A stretch of DNA of 52,243 bases from Myxococcales bacterium (GTDB lineage: Bacteria > Myxococcota_A > Polyangia > Polyangiales > SLQV01): positions 1 to 52,243 of the forward strand of contig SLEO01000007.1 in the NCBI GenBank assembly GCA_007124745.1, given 5' to 3'. This document shows positions 27,968-37,508 of this stretch, one piece after another (position 1 is the stretch's first letter; each line of letters opens with the position of its first letter). The notes below the pieces were generated by a model that ran no database searches, was not told the DNA's origin, and saw nothing but the letters and a program-made list of their open reading frames with translations. A program made the translations under genes and the position numbers.

Positions 27968-29794
27968 CTAGTTACCGCCTCTCACTGCGCGCGTACTGAC
28001 GGGGATGGCAAACTCCATCTTATCGTCGTGCGGCGGAAAGCGTATCGCGCCGGCAACGCCGAGCAGGCATGCACCGAGCGGCACTCCCTGCAGCGATGCC
28101 GGCGTGAGGGTGACGGATTCGACCGCGCCCGCAGCGCTGACCTTAAACTTGAAAACGATGCGTTCCTGCGCTGTCGCAGCCTCCGTGTGCTGCTGCAAGC
28201 AACGCTCCATTTGCCCCTTTTTGCCTTGGAAAGTGCGCGTGATGAGCGTCGCCTGGTCGACGGACTTCGACGGTTTAGGCGTTTCAGCCGGACGCCTTGC
28301 GCTAGCCTTGGGTCGCTGCGCTACGCGAGAGGCATGCTTCTTTTCCTCGGGCGGCTCTGAAGGTCCGCTGGGCGAAGTCTCGCCGGAGTCATCCATGCTC
28401 GCCGCATCCGGTGCTAGCGCTGCGTCCTTTGTGTCATCGGCGGTGGTTGTCTCGGCCGCCTCAGATTCCTCTGCTGTCGAACCCGTCACGACGTAGACCG
28501 ACTGCGGCTGGCGTGCGTCAGGTTGCGACACCAGCGCAAATGCCAATGCGGAGATGCCCACAAGCGCCACCGCCACCACCAGCACCCAAAGCCAAGGACT
28601 GCGCCGAGAGGCCGCGGCTGCGCCTGCCGCCGGGCGTTCCTGCGGCCCTTGGGCAGGCCCAACTAGCGCGGGCATCTCTTTGGAAGTTGAAGTGGGAACC
28701 CGAAGGCGTCCTGTAGGTGGCGCGTCACTAGGGCTACCGGGCGGCCGCTCGGAGACGGCGGGGCTCTCTTCCCACACCTCGACGGTACCGTCCCGCCAGG
28801 CGCGGTCGAGGACCTCTAGCGGCTCGATATGCAGAACATCTGCCATGTCGCTGAAAAAGTCGCGCTTTACCTGCGCACCGAGCGCGGCTTCGGCCGCATT
28901 CTCGGTAAGTCCCCGTACCTCCCGCAAGGCCTCGGCCATCGCTCCCGCCGACGCCCACCTTCCGGCGGGCGTCTTCGCTAGGCTCTTTCGAATGATGGCG
29001 TCGATCTCGGGTGACACATCGTCACGTAGCTCCGCGATAGAGCTGGGCGTTTTGGTAAATACCCGATGCAGCGTTTCCGCCATGTCGCGCCCGCGAAACT
29101 CGTTTTTGCCACAGAGCAGCTCGTGAAGCACAAGGCCGCTTGCGTAGAGGTCGCTTTGCGCCGTCGGCTGCTGACCATTGAAAAGCTCCGGCGCAAGGTA
29201 GGGAAACTTACCCTTCACCGTGGTGTCCTCTGTTTTGTACATCGCGGTTTCGCCCATCACGCGCGCGATACCAAAATCGACCAGCTTCACCTGCCCTTCG
29301 ACATCCACGAGGATGTTGGACGGCGAGATGTCTCGGTGCACCACACAGAGCGACTTGCCGTCGGGTCGCCGCAGCTCATGCGCGTAGTGGAGGGCGTCGA
29401 GCACTCGAATGGTAATCTGCAGCGCGCTCGCCACGGGAAAATGACCGTGCGCTTCGCGGACATACTTAAGCCAACGGCCAAGATGAAAGCCATGCACGTA
29501 GTCGAGCACCATGATGTAGGCGCTGTCTTCCTGGGTAAAATCGAGAACGCTGACGATGCCCGGGTGCTTGAGATAAGAGAGGATCCGCGCTTCACGCACG
29601 AACATCTGCGTCATCGCATCGTCGCCGGTGAGGTCCGGCAGAATGCGTTTGACCACCACTGGACGCGCGAAGCCCGCTGCGCCTTCCGCGCGCGCTAGAT
29701 AAAGCACGCCCATGCCGCCGCGTGCTAGGCGCTTAACAATGCGATAGCGACCAAGAACCTTGGTGCCTAGAAGTTCGTCTCGAACTGTGCTCAC
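27968..29794 (-). CDS. Membrane Ser/Thr kinase with periplasmic TonB_C-like (AgmX/PglI C-terminal-like) domain
   Basis: ARGGMG, HRDISPSN, DFG, YLAPE; TM; linker; QMERCL...FKVSAAGAVESV...LGACLLGVAGAIRFP...FAIPV. Confidence 0.9.
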   Translation of the reverse strand: MSTVRDELLGTKVLGRYRIVKRLARGGMGVLYLARAEGAAGFARPVVVKRILPDLTGDDAMTQMFVREARILSYLKHPGIVSVLDFTQEDSAYIMVLDYVHGFHLGRWLKYVREAHGHFPVASALQITIRVLDALHYAHELRRPDGKSLCVVHRDISPSNILVDVEGQVKLVDFGIARVMGETAMYKTEDTTVKGKFPYLAPELFNGQQPTAQSDLYASGLVLHELLCGKNEFRGRDMAETLHRVFTKTPSSIAELRDDVSPEIDAIIRKSLAKTPAGRWASAGAMAEALREVRGLTENAAEAALGAQVKRDFFSDMADVLHIEPLEVLDRAWRDGTVEVWEESPAVSERPPGSPSDAPPTGRLRVPTSTSKEMPALVGPAQGPQERPAAGAAAASRRSPWLWVLVVAVALVGISALAFALVSQPDARQPQSVYVVTGSTAEESEAAETTTADDTKDAALAPDAASMDDSGETSPSGPSEPPEEKKHASRVAQRPKASARRPAETPKPSKSVDQATLITRTFQGKKGQMERCLQQHTEAATAQERIVFKFKVSAAGAVESVTLTPASLQGVPLGACLLGVAGAIRFPPHDDKMEFAIPVSTRAVRGGN

Positions 29795-31998
29795 TGCTTG
29801 CTCGTGTGCCTAAGATAATAGTGCACACCGTGAGCCGGATGAGCCAAGCGAATTGCAATGGCGTCGGTCTGAGTGCCGACCGTGAGTTCTGTACTGAAGC
29901 GATGCTTCGCGCCCATGGGGATAGGCTTGCCCTCGACGGCCACGGACCAGCCCGCCATCGCTAGGCCCGAAACCTCAACCGTGCTTCCCGGCGCCGCACT
30001 TCCCTGAGACGGAGAGGTAATGCTCGCTTTCGGCGCCGCGTTGTCAAAGTCGATGACCAGAAGGGTCGGTTTAGACGCTTTGCCGGTGTTGCTCGAAAAG
30101 GTGAACTCGTACCGGCCCTCACGCAGGTCGCCGCCCGCAAAGACATGCGTTGGCTTGGCGCTTGAGAACGTTTCCGGCGAACCTCCGGACACACGCTTTG
30201 CCGTGAGCTTGTAGGCGGACGCTGCGGGCGCTTTGGGCCAGACAACGCGAATCTCTGGAAGGAGATTCTGGTACAGGATCGTGTAGTTACGCCCATCCGT
30301 ATCCACCCGTGTTGAGGGCGCTGAGCGCGGCAACTGGGCGAGGCCCGAATCACGCAAAACACGGATTCTTCCGGAAGCGGCTTCCTTCTCCCCCAACGAT
30401 CCTCCGGTGAAACAACGCACCCGGTAAGTGTGGCTACCTGGAGTAAGCCGCGTGTGCACTGAGGGCGAGCCCTTTGACGAGTAGGAAAGCGTGCGGGCCC
30501 CGCTCTTCACCTCGACGAGTCCTCCGCTTTCTCCGCAGGCGCGCGTGAGACGAAATCCCACCGCCGTCGGAGGCGAGGGGTCGCGCAGGGTAAAGCTCTC
30601 ACCGGCGACCACGTACAGCGCTACGCGCTCCGGCGGTTTGTCTCCCTGGTCGATCTTGCCGTTGTTGAACAACGTGGCGTGCTCGCCGAGCCCGAGCTTG
30701 ATCTGATCGATGTGTCCCTGAACGGACACCGCACCCTTGCGGTTGCGGACCACAGCGCCGCTGCGTGAGAGCTGCACTAGGCTTTGACTGCTGGCCTTAA
30801 GGACAACTTTGCCGCCCTTAACACCGAACACCGCCGGCTCAGAGGCGGCGGAGGTCACCTCGACGCGTCCTTGGGATGCGCTTGCGAAGAGGCCATCCGC
30901 TCCGCCGAGGGTGAGCTCCGCGGGGCCGGTCACATTTGCCGCAGAACCGTTCGCGCTGACGACGGCCGAACCTCGGCGCGTCAGCCGAATGACGGAGCCC
31001 GCTTCAGCCTGGTGGGTACCCACCGGCATAGCTGCCAGCGCTTTCGTCCCGGGTGCGCGGATACGTAGCGGCGCCCCGGTGACCTCAAGTCGGAATCCTT
31101 CTGACCCAAGGCCGTCCTCAGACTCCGCCGGCTCCTCCGGCACTTCGTCCTCTGGCGGTGGGGCAATCTCCGCGGGCCCGACGGCGATGGCAAAACTGAG
31201 CTCGCCCACGTCAATCGCGAAGCGGGTCCCAGCCTCAACGGATTCGCCGTTCAGCACCGCTTCGCCGATCTCGAGCGTTAGGTTGGCTTTCTCACCACTG
31301 ACGGCGTCCATCCGCAGTTGCGTGCCGGGCTCAAAGCGCGCAAGGCCGATCTCGGTCTGCACTTCGATCGCCTGCGCGCCCACCTGCAGGAGCGCCATGC
31401 CTGCTTCAACTTCGAATGCCGCCGCACCCTCCTCGGAGGAAAAACGGACGCGAGAATCGACACTGAACTGCGCAAGGCCGATAGAGGTTTGCAGGCGCAT
31501 CCCCGAGCTTGCGGTTTGGAGCACCGCTTCGCCGAGGGTCACATCAAGCGCGAACGCGTCGCCCGCGTCGCTGTGACTCAACTTAAAGTAGACGATGCTC
31601 TCGGGGCCGATCTCTACGTTGCCACCACCTTCGATGGCAACAATGCTCGTCGCGCCGGGCGCCGTCTTGATGCCGTCACCATCGTAAAGCTTTTGGCCTT
31701 TGTTCGCGGGTTCCCAAGCGACCGTCGACGCTTCCGACGGGCTCTTGGCCGCAAGGCCTCGAAAACCTACGTCGCCGCTGACAGCATGCACCGCTGCTAG
31801 GTGGTCGCTCCCACATCCGAAACGGCTGCATCCCAGGGCGGCAAATACCAGCGAGGCCAGGACCGCGGGAACCGCTGAGCGCACGCCCCAAGGGCTCTGA
31901 ACGCGGCCCGTGGTCGCCAGGCGCATACAACCCGGGCGCGCAGGCGGCACGGGAGCCGACAGGGCGTAGGTTGGATGGGTTGGCGGCTTCGACATCAT
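29791..31998 (-). CDS. Large FecR-like domain lipoprotein with C-terminal Ig-like domains
   Basis: Lipobox AALGC; VSGDV...WEPANKGQKLYDGDGIKT...VEIGPES (FecR-like), internal repeat (LQTSIGLAQF / VQTEIGLARF), all-beta C-terminus. Confidence 0.7.
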   Translation of the reverse strand: MMSKPPTHPTYALSAPVPPARPGCMRLATTGRVQSPWGVRSAVPAVLASLVFAALGCSRFGCGSDHLAAVHAVSGDVGFRGLAAKSPSEASTVAWEPANKGQKLYDGDGIKTAPGATSIVAIEGGGNVEIGPESIVYFKLSHSDAGDAFALDVTLGEAVLQTASSGMRLQTSIGLAQFSVDSRVRFSSEEGAAAFEVEAGMALLQVGAQAIEVQTEIGLARFEPGTQLRMDAVSGEKANLTLEIGEAVLNGESVEAGTRFAIDVGELSFAIAVGPAEIAPPPEDEVPEEPAESEDGLGSEGFRLEVTGAPLRIRAPGTKALAAMPVGTHQAEAGSVIRLTRRGSAVVSANGSAANVTGPAELTLGGADGLFASASQGRVEVTSAASEPAVFGVKGGKVVLKASSQSLVQLSRSGAVVRNRKGAVSVQGHIDQIKLGLGEHATLFNNGKIDQGDKPPERVALYVVAGESFTLRDPSPPTAVGFRLTRACGESGGLVEVKSGARTLSYSSKGSPSVHTRLTPGSHTYRVRCFTGGSLGEKEAASGRIRVLRDSGLAQLPRSAPSTRVDTDGRNYTILYQNLLPEIRVVWPKAPAASAYKLTAKRVSGGSPETFSSAKPTHVFAGGDLREGRYEFTFSSNTGKASKPTLLVIDFDNAAPKASITSPSQGSAAPGSTVEVSGLAMAGWSVAVEGKPIPMGAKHRFSTELTVGTQTDAIAIRLAHPAHGVHYYLRHTSKQ

Positions 31999-32006
31999 TT
32001 TGGTCG

Positions 32007-33626
32007 CTAGTTCTTGCGCAGATCCGCGTTGAGAATCGTCACACCATTCTCTTCCAAAACAACCGTACGCGTCTGGGGCTTATACCCAGTGGCATCGATT
32101 TGAACGGTGTATTCTCCGGGTTCGAGATCGATCGAAAACTCGCCGTCCTCGTCAGTGCTCAGCGCGTGGTCGCCGGGTGACACCTTAACCTGCGCACTCA
32201 GCGCAACGCCGTTGAAGCTTCGAATGACACCTCGTAGCTGCCCAGGTGGTACCGCTACATCCAGTGCGATGGCGAGTTCACGGGAGGGGACGTCGCTTGT
32301 CAGTGTCAGCTTCTGGACGTTGGGTTCAAAGCCCTCGGCGGTCACGCTTAACGTATACTCACCTGGCACCAGGTCACTCAACGTAAGCGTGCCATCGGCG
32401 TTCGCCTCTCGCGTATACAACGCTCGCTCTGCGTCCTCTGGGGCATCTACCGCCTGAAGGGTCACGGAAGCGGCGATAGGCCGCTCGTCATCTGATGCGA
32501 CCACCGCAAGCGCGAGGGTGACCGTTTGAGCCTCAGGCTCGGCTTCGGCTTTGCCGGCGACAGACGGGGTTTCTTCGGACACTTTTTGCCAAACGGGCAG
32601 GACGTAGCGCACGCCAAGAAGCACGCTTAACCGCGGCTCGATAGGCACCAGGGGATCGGTGGGCGCCGAGGGTGGTCTACTGGATGGGACCACCTCAACG
32701 CCGCCCTCAAGCTGAAGCGAAGTCAAAACCGCATAGCGGGCACCCATGTTGATGCGCGAGGGGGACTGCGCGAAAGGCGGCGCGCCCGAACCGACAAGAA
32801 AGTCGAGACTGTAGTCGAGGAGAAGCTCGAGGGGACCGCGTTGATAGGCGAATGCCAGCGCAAAGAGCAGCGCGTTGTACTCCGATATGCCGATCGCGAT
32901 ACGATCGCCCTGGCGCAGCGCGCCTGGGTCATCGATCGATTGAGCGCTCCGGTCGTAACGAAAGCCGAGGCGCGTACCTACGTAGAAGGCTTCCAGAAAC
33001 CTGTAGGTAGCGATAGCGGTCGTATCGAGTGCGAGCGTACCGAAGTCGAAGGATGGCGCGGAGCTGCCAGGAATGCCCATGCGGATATCGAGACCTACGC
33101 CGAGGTCGTCGCTGAATGCGTAAGTCGCCCGCGCGCCGAAGCGCGGCTGACCGCTCTTGCCGTCATCAGGACCGAGGTCATCCTCTCCGTGAAAGTCGGC
33201 GCGTCCCTCAAGACCCGCGGAGAAACCCAGCCAGTCTAGGGGTTGAACACCGACGGCTACCCCGCCGGAGATGCGGTGATGCGACCCGTTATCGAGCGCC
33301 CCCTGATCCTCCGTGTAGCCGTATGCGAAGTTGCCAGCTAGGGCAATTTTGCGCCTTGCTCGCAGCGCCGACGGCGTCCGTATAAAGCCGCTAAGGCCGT
33401 CCTGCGCCACACCGAGTTCGGCTACATTTCCCTCGGGGACGCCTGGCGGCGCCTCCCCCGCACCTTCAGCGGCTGCGTCAACGGAGGCAGAGTCAATGGA
33501 GGCAGAGATGCTTTGCGCTTCCGCACCGCCCACGCGCGTCATGGTCAGGACAAGTGCACTGGCCGCCGCAAGCTGGCCGAAGGCTGACAGTTCTAGCGCA
33601 TAAGTGCGAACTCGTAATTTACTCAC
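32007..33626 (-). CDS. Predicted outer-membrane beta-barrel with two C-terminal carboxypeptidase-regulatory-like domains
   Basis: Signal ending AEA; amphipathic strands ending LLGVRY; then DGTLTLSDLVPGEYTLSVTAEGF and TDEDGEFSIDLEPGEYTVQIDATGY. Confidence 0.75.
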   Translation of the reverse strand: MSKLRVRTYALELSAFGQLAAASALVLTMTRVGGAEAQSISASIDSASVDAAAEGAGEAPPGVPEGNVAELGVAQDGLSGFIRTPSALRARRKIALAGNFAYGYTEDQGALDNGSHHRISGGVAVGVQPLDWLGFSAGLEGRADFHGEDDLGPDDGKSGQPRFGARATYAFSDDLGVGLDIRMGIPGSSAPSFDFGTLALDTTAIATYRFLEAFYVGTRLGFRYDRSAQSIDDPGALRQGDRIAIGISEYNALLFALAFAYQRGPLELLLDYSLDFLVGSGAPPFAQSPSRINMGARYAVLTSLQLEGGVEVVPSSRPPSAPTDPLVPIEPRLSVLLGVRYVLPVWQKVSEETPSVAGKAEAEPEAQTVTLALAVVASDDERPIAASVTLQAVDAPEDAERALYTREANADGTLTLSDLVPGEYTLSVTAEGFEPNVQKLTLTSDVPSRELAIALDVAVPPGQLRGVIRSFNGVALSAQVKVSPGDHALSTDEDGEFSIDLEPGEYTVQIDATGYKPQTRTVVLEENGVTILNADLRKN

Positions 33627-33831
33627 ACACCCCCCAAAAATGATCCGCGGTGAACGCGGTTGCTCGGTGCCGTCTCAGGTACCTCTGCGAGGTACCTGTG
33701 CGGCGCAAACACCCCTTTCGCCCCCAAGGATGGCTCACTCCTACCCACGCTGACACATCACGAGTGCCAGCCTTAGGCCGTCTGCCTTTAGCCAAGCTAA
33801 CCGAAGTGGAAAGTAGAAGTCGAGATGACTC

Positions 33832-34527
33832 TCACCTTGGTGCGGACTGCGCCTCGGCGTGCTGCCCGCTGCCATCAAGCCGGGGAACGAGCCGCAAGTT
33901 CGACTCGTAGAGGGTGACCCGCACTTTCGAAGACAAAAGCCGCCCATCTTCCGCAAGCCGTTCGGGAGTGAGTGCTTCCGAGGAGTCCCCTGACTCACGA
34001 GGCATGGTTTCCAGATAAGATCTAACCAAAGCAATGCGGTCGAGGTAAGCGAGTTCAGGGGCACCCATTCGCGGGCCCGCCTCGAGGAGGCGTGCAGCAG
34101 CTAGGCGCAGCAGGGCTTCGCGCACCACCGTTTCAATCGTTGGGGGTGCGCCAACGCCGGCATACGCACCATCTGGGGGCGCAACACCGTCGGCCGGTAA
34201 CGAACCGTGCTCGAGCATGCGCCACGCCAGCGCGCTAAGTGAAGGCGCTCCGATAGGCATACCATTGACCACCGCGGCCACATCACCGCCTGACACCTCT
34301 GAAGCACGCGTGGCAAGCTCACCGCCTTCCGCTCCTTCTTGGGAGCGGGGACCACACGCACTAGCTACCAGCGCTAGGGAAGCGCTCAGCGCTGCACAGC
34401 AAACGCCGGGACGGCTACTGCCGAAAGCTAAAGAAGACGTAGGCTGGCCCCGCCGTGGGGAGGGTGGCACATGACCCCGCGCCTGAGTTTCCGCTGTTGG
34501 ATGCGAACCCGCGTTACAGACGCGCAT
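33832..34527 (-). CDS. Hypothetical lipoprotein (weak SurA/PPIase N-terminal resemblance)
   Basis: Lipobox VASAC; VAAVVNGMPI motif; start uncertain. Confidence 0.55.
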   Translation of the reverse strand: MRVCNAGSHPTAETQARGHVPPSPRRGQPTSSLAFGSSRPGVCCAALSASLALVASACGPRSQEGAEGGELATRASEVSGGDVAAVVNGMPIGAPSLSALAWRMLEHGSLPADGVAPPDGAYAGVGAPPTIETVVREALLRLAAARLLEAGPRMGAPELAYLDRIALVRSYLETMPRESGDSSEALTPERLAEDGRLLSSKVRVTLYESNLRLVPRLDGSGQHAEAQSAPR

Positions 34528-35239
34528 CGCTCACGCCCCCTTGTGCCGACGTCGATGGCTGTATCTCCTCGTAGGGACCCGCATCGTACTCCTCCATAGG
34601 GCGACCACTCATGCCCTGATTCCAGACGAGGTCCGTGCGCCCGTAGGGCCCGGTGAAGCGCAACCGTAGAGGGGTTTCTGCGCCCAGAGACGCGGGCCGC
34701 TCAAACACGACGCGAAACGCCGCACGCAGACGCGATATGGATGGAAACATCTTCTGTTGTTGAGGGCTAGGCTTCCTGAAGCGTTCGATCGATGCGGGCC
34801 TATAGAGGCCCTCGCCAACAACCAACCACACATTCCACGCAGACTCGCGCCCGGTGAGTATGGATTCTCGGAAACGTCTGCCGGTCAACGTCACCATGAA
34901 AGCGACCTCACACTCGCACGCGGCGCGCGCCTTCTCGGCCTCGACGGCAGCCTCGTCTACAGGCAGGCCAAGGTCTCGGGCGAGTAGCCGGTGATAGGCG
35001 TCGCGAAACTCCACGGATTCGAGGGTCGCTGACACCATCAGAGCGTTGGTAAGTGCGCCGACAGAGAAGTTCTCGGTCTCCCGAGTCCATTTGGCGTACA
35101 CGCGGCCGTACGCGCGGTCTTCAGGGTCAAAGGGCGTGATGGATGGGCCGCGCGAGCGACCCGCACAGGCCCCGAGGGCGCACGCAACTAGCATCGCCAG
35201 CAGCGTGCACCAGAGCATTGAACACGCCTGCCCATGCAT
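34514..35239 (-). CDS. Hypothetical lipoprotein
   Basis: Lipobox ALGAC; YGRVYAKWTRE...VSATLESVEFRDAY...LRFTGPYGRTDLVW. Start reassigned to ATG 35239; the upstream in-frame extension is mostly repeat. Confidence 0.7.
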   Translation of the reverse strand: MHGQACSMLWCTLLAMLVACALGACAGRSRGPSITPFDPEDRAYGRVYAKWTRETENFSVGALTNALMVSATLESVEFRDAYHRLLARDLGLPVDEAAVEAEKARAACECEVAFMVTLTGRRFRESILTGRESAWNVWLVVGEGLYRPASIERFRKPSPQQQKMFPSISRLRAAFRVVFERPASLGAETPLRLRFTGPYGRTDLVWNQGMSGRPMEEYDAGPYEEIQPSTSAQGGVSDARL

Positions 35240-35312
35240 GCGAAGGTGCGTCTCGGATGCAAGCGCTTTGAGCCTTGCGGGTCGTGTACTGGCTTGGCCC
35301 CTTTTGGCGGTC

Positions 35313-35405
35313 CTTGTCTCGACCGTGCTTGTCTCGACCGTGCTTGTCTCGACCGTGCTTGTCTCGACCGTGCTTGTCTCGACCGTGCTTGTCTCGACCG
35401 TGCTT
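35313..35405. repeat. Perfect 15-bp tandem repeat CTTGTCTCGACCGTG x6 (VNTR)
   Basis: Six exact units plus CTT; no spacers. Confidence 0.97.
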
Positions 35406-35590
35406 CTCGGCTGCCAGTTTGGGAGCATGGCCGCTAGGTTTTCACGGTTTTTCAGGGGCAAATCCCACAAACGCGCTCGCTCTGTACCCTCAATAAGTGG
35501 CCTTGAGCTGCGCATGGGCCCCCGGCACCCAAGTGCCCTCTCCTTTGGAGTTTTGGCTTTACAGACCAATCTAGCCCTTACCTTGTCTCC

Positions 35591-35644
35591 ACCGTTCAGG
35601 GGGCATTTTACAGCATGCCCCGAGTTTCCGGGAGTGAATCCCGC
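35591..35644. repeat. Dispersed double-hairpin element, copy 2
   Basis: ACCGTTCAGGGGGCATTTTACAGCATGCCCCGAGTTTCCGGGAGTGAATCCCGC; aligns with 23143-23198. Confidence 0.85.
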
Positions 35645-35938
35645 TACCCTTCCCCAAGCTGCCCCAAAGCCGGCCTAACGCTGCGCGCGGGGCTCCAACA
35701 CCGGCTAGCCCTTTCCGTCAGGGTTGTCGCCATGGCGACCCCTTGAACGCTTACCCTTGTCTCAGCCCACCGTGCGTTGCAGAGGCTAACACACGTGGTG
35801 TGCTAGCGGCACCCCGGCCTTAAATCGCGAACGTACGCTTAGGTCGCAGCGCGTTGTACTTGGAGGCTGCGCGCGGGCGGGAGTCCGTGCCATGCTCCGG
35901 GGGTGGCGGCGCGAGACGGCAGAACCCATGAGGCAGAG

Positions 35939-37267
35939 ATGCGAAGCGACTTTGCAACGGACTTCGACCCCGAGAGTTTATTTCATGGCGCCTGCAAGCC
36001 CGACGCTGCGCACCGAATCGGTGTAGAGTGCGAACGCTTTGGCCTGTTGGGACCCGTGTGCACGCCGCTCCCCTACAGCGGCCCCGTCAGCATCGAAGCT
36101 ATTTTCCAAAACCTGGAGCAACGGGGGTTCGCGCCCTACCGCGAACGCGACGGGGGACCCTCTATCGCTCAGGCACGAGGTGATGCGAGCTTCACCCTTG
36201 AACCTGGCGGCCAGTTCGAGCTCTCGAGCCCAGCGCGCAGCAATATTGCCGAGCTCGGGCGGGAGGTCATTAGCTTGTTTGCGGAACTAGCGCTTCAGGC
36301 GCCGGAAGTGACGTGGCTGCCCATGGGCTTTCATCCGTTGGCACAGCTCGCTGATCTTCCGGCGGTGCCTAAACAACGCTATCCCATCATGAAAGGCTAC
36401 TTTGCGCAGACGGGTCAGCGCGGCAAAGACATGATGTGGCGCACCGCCACGACGCAGGTGAATGTCGACTTTGAGAGCGAAAGCACGGCTTGGGAGAAGT
36501 GGGTGGTGGCGACCAAACTGCAGCCTCTCATCGCCGCTTGGACGGCCAACAGCCCGTTCTTTGAAGGCAAGCATCGGGGCAGGCTCTCGGAGCGCAGCGC
36601 CGTGTGGCTCGACGTGGACCCGGCGCGCACCGGTTTGCTCGAGTCCCTTTGGCACCCGAAGCTGAGTTCCGGCGGCTTCTTCGCGCACTATGCGGCTTGG
36701 GCGCTGCAGATTCCCGTATTCCTCATCAAGCGCGGAGGCGTAGCGACCGCGGCACACCAGCATACGTTTGCGGACCTGATGCAACATGGCTTCGAAGGTC
36801 AACCGGTCACCGAAGCCGATTGGGATACGCACCTTTCGTCGCTCTTCCCCGAGGTCCGGCTGAAGCGCACCCTCGAAACCCGCGGCGCTGACTCGCTGCC
36901 CACGGCGCACGTGCTCGCGTTGGCAGCTTTGTGGCGTGGCCTGCTCGACGACGCTCACACGCGACAGCACCTGCTGGGCCTCGTCGAAGCATGGACCAGC
37001 GATGACCTTCAGCGCCTACGTCACGCGCTCATCAATGACGGCCTGCGCGCAGACTTTCGGGGCAAGCCGGTGGCGGAAACGTGTCAGCGCTTGGTCGAGC
37101 TGGCCACACAGGGCCTCAGCAACCTAGGGGAAAAGGCTAGTTGGCTCGATCCGCTTAGCGATTTGGCGTTCGCGGCAGAGACCCTAGCCAAGCGCGCGCT
37201 GAACGCGCTAGGGGTAGAGCCTCAAGCGCCGGAACTCGCAGTCTACGCGCAGGCGCTCGGCGCGTGA
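35939..37267 (+). CDS. gshA: Glutamate-cysteine ligase (GCS2, plant/alphaproteobacterial type)
   Basis: IGVECE, TLEPGGQFELS, PKQRY, MMWRTATTQVNVDF, ANSPF, DPARTG, HLSSLFPEVRLKRTLETRGAD. Start ATG 35939 or GTG 35903. Confidence 0.9.
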   Translation: MRSDFATDFDPESLFHGACKPDAAHRIGVECERFGLLGPVCTPLPYSGPVSIEAIFQNLEQRGFAPYRERDGGPSIAQARGDASFTLEPGGQFELSSPARSNIAELGREVISLFAELALQAPEVTWLPMGFHPLAQLADLPAVPKQRYPIMKGYFAQTGQRGKDMMWRTATTQVNVDFESESTAWEKWVVATKLQPLIAAWTANSPFFEGKHRGRLSERSAVWLDVDPARTGLLESLWHPKLSSGGFFAHYAAWALQIPVFLIKRGGVATAAHQHTFADLMQHGFEGQPVTEADWDTHLSSLFPEVRLKRTLETRGADSLPTAHVLALAALWRGLLDDAHTRQHLLGLVEAWTSDDLQRLRHALINDGLRADFRGKPVAETCQRLVELATQGLSNLGEKASWLDPLSDLAFAAETLAKRALNALGVEPQAPELAVYAQALGA

Positions 37268-37458
37268 CGCTCCGGCGTATGCGTGATCGATTAAGTGCGC
37301 TGTGTGACCCGTTGAGGGTCGGAGGCGAGCGCACCCACCGCCGAAAAGCGCAGCGAACCTAAGGTTCGCGAGGATGGTCGGCGAGGAGGCCAGCCGGCGC
37401 AGGCCCTTCACTGGTCAGGCATACGCTTCGGTGCTGCGACATCAGAGCGGTGCTGCGC

Positions 37459-37487
37459 TTGACATTCGGAGCGGTATCCGACAAGTT
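37459..37487 (+). promoter_or_regulatory. Sigma70-type promoter for rplC
   Basis: TTGACA-N17-CAAGTT, followed by GGAG RBS and ATG 37509. Confidence 0.55.
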
Positions 37488-37508
37488 TTCGGGCTCTCGG
37501 AGACCGCC

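Noticed and set aside
35313-35405. CRISPR array
   Set aside because: 15-bp units are contiguous with no spacers, and no cas genes are in the window.
35240-35569. STVET-repeat N-terminal domain on the lipoprotein
   Set aside because: It would place the lipobox over 130 aa from the start; more likely non-coding sequence that stays open because the repeat unit is a multiple of 3.
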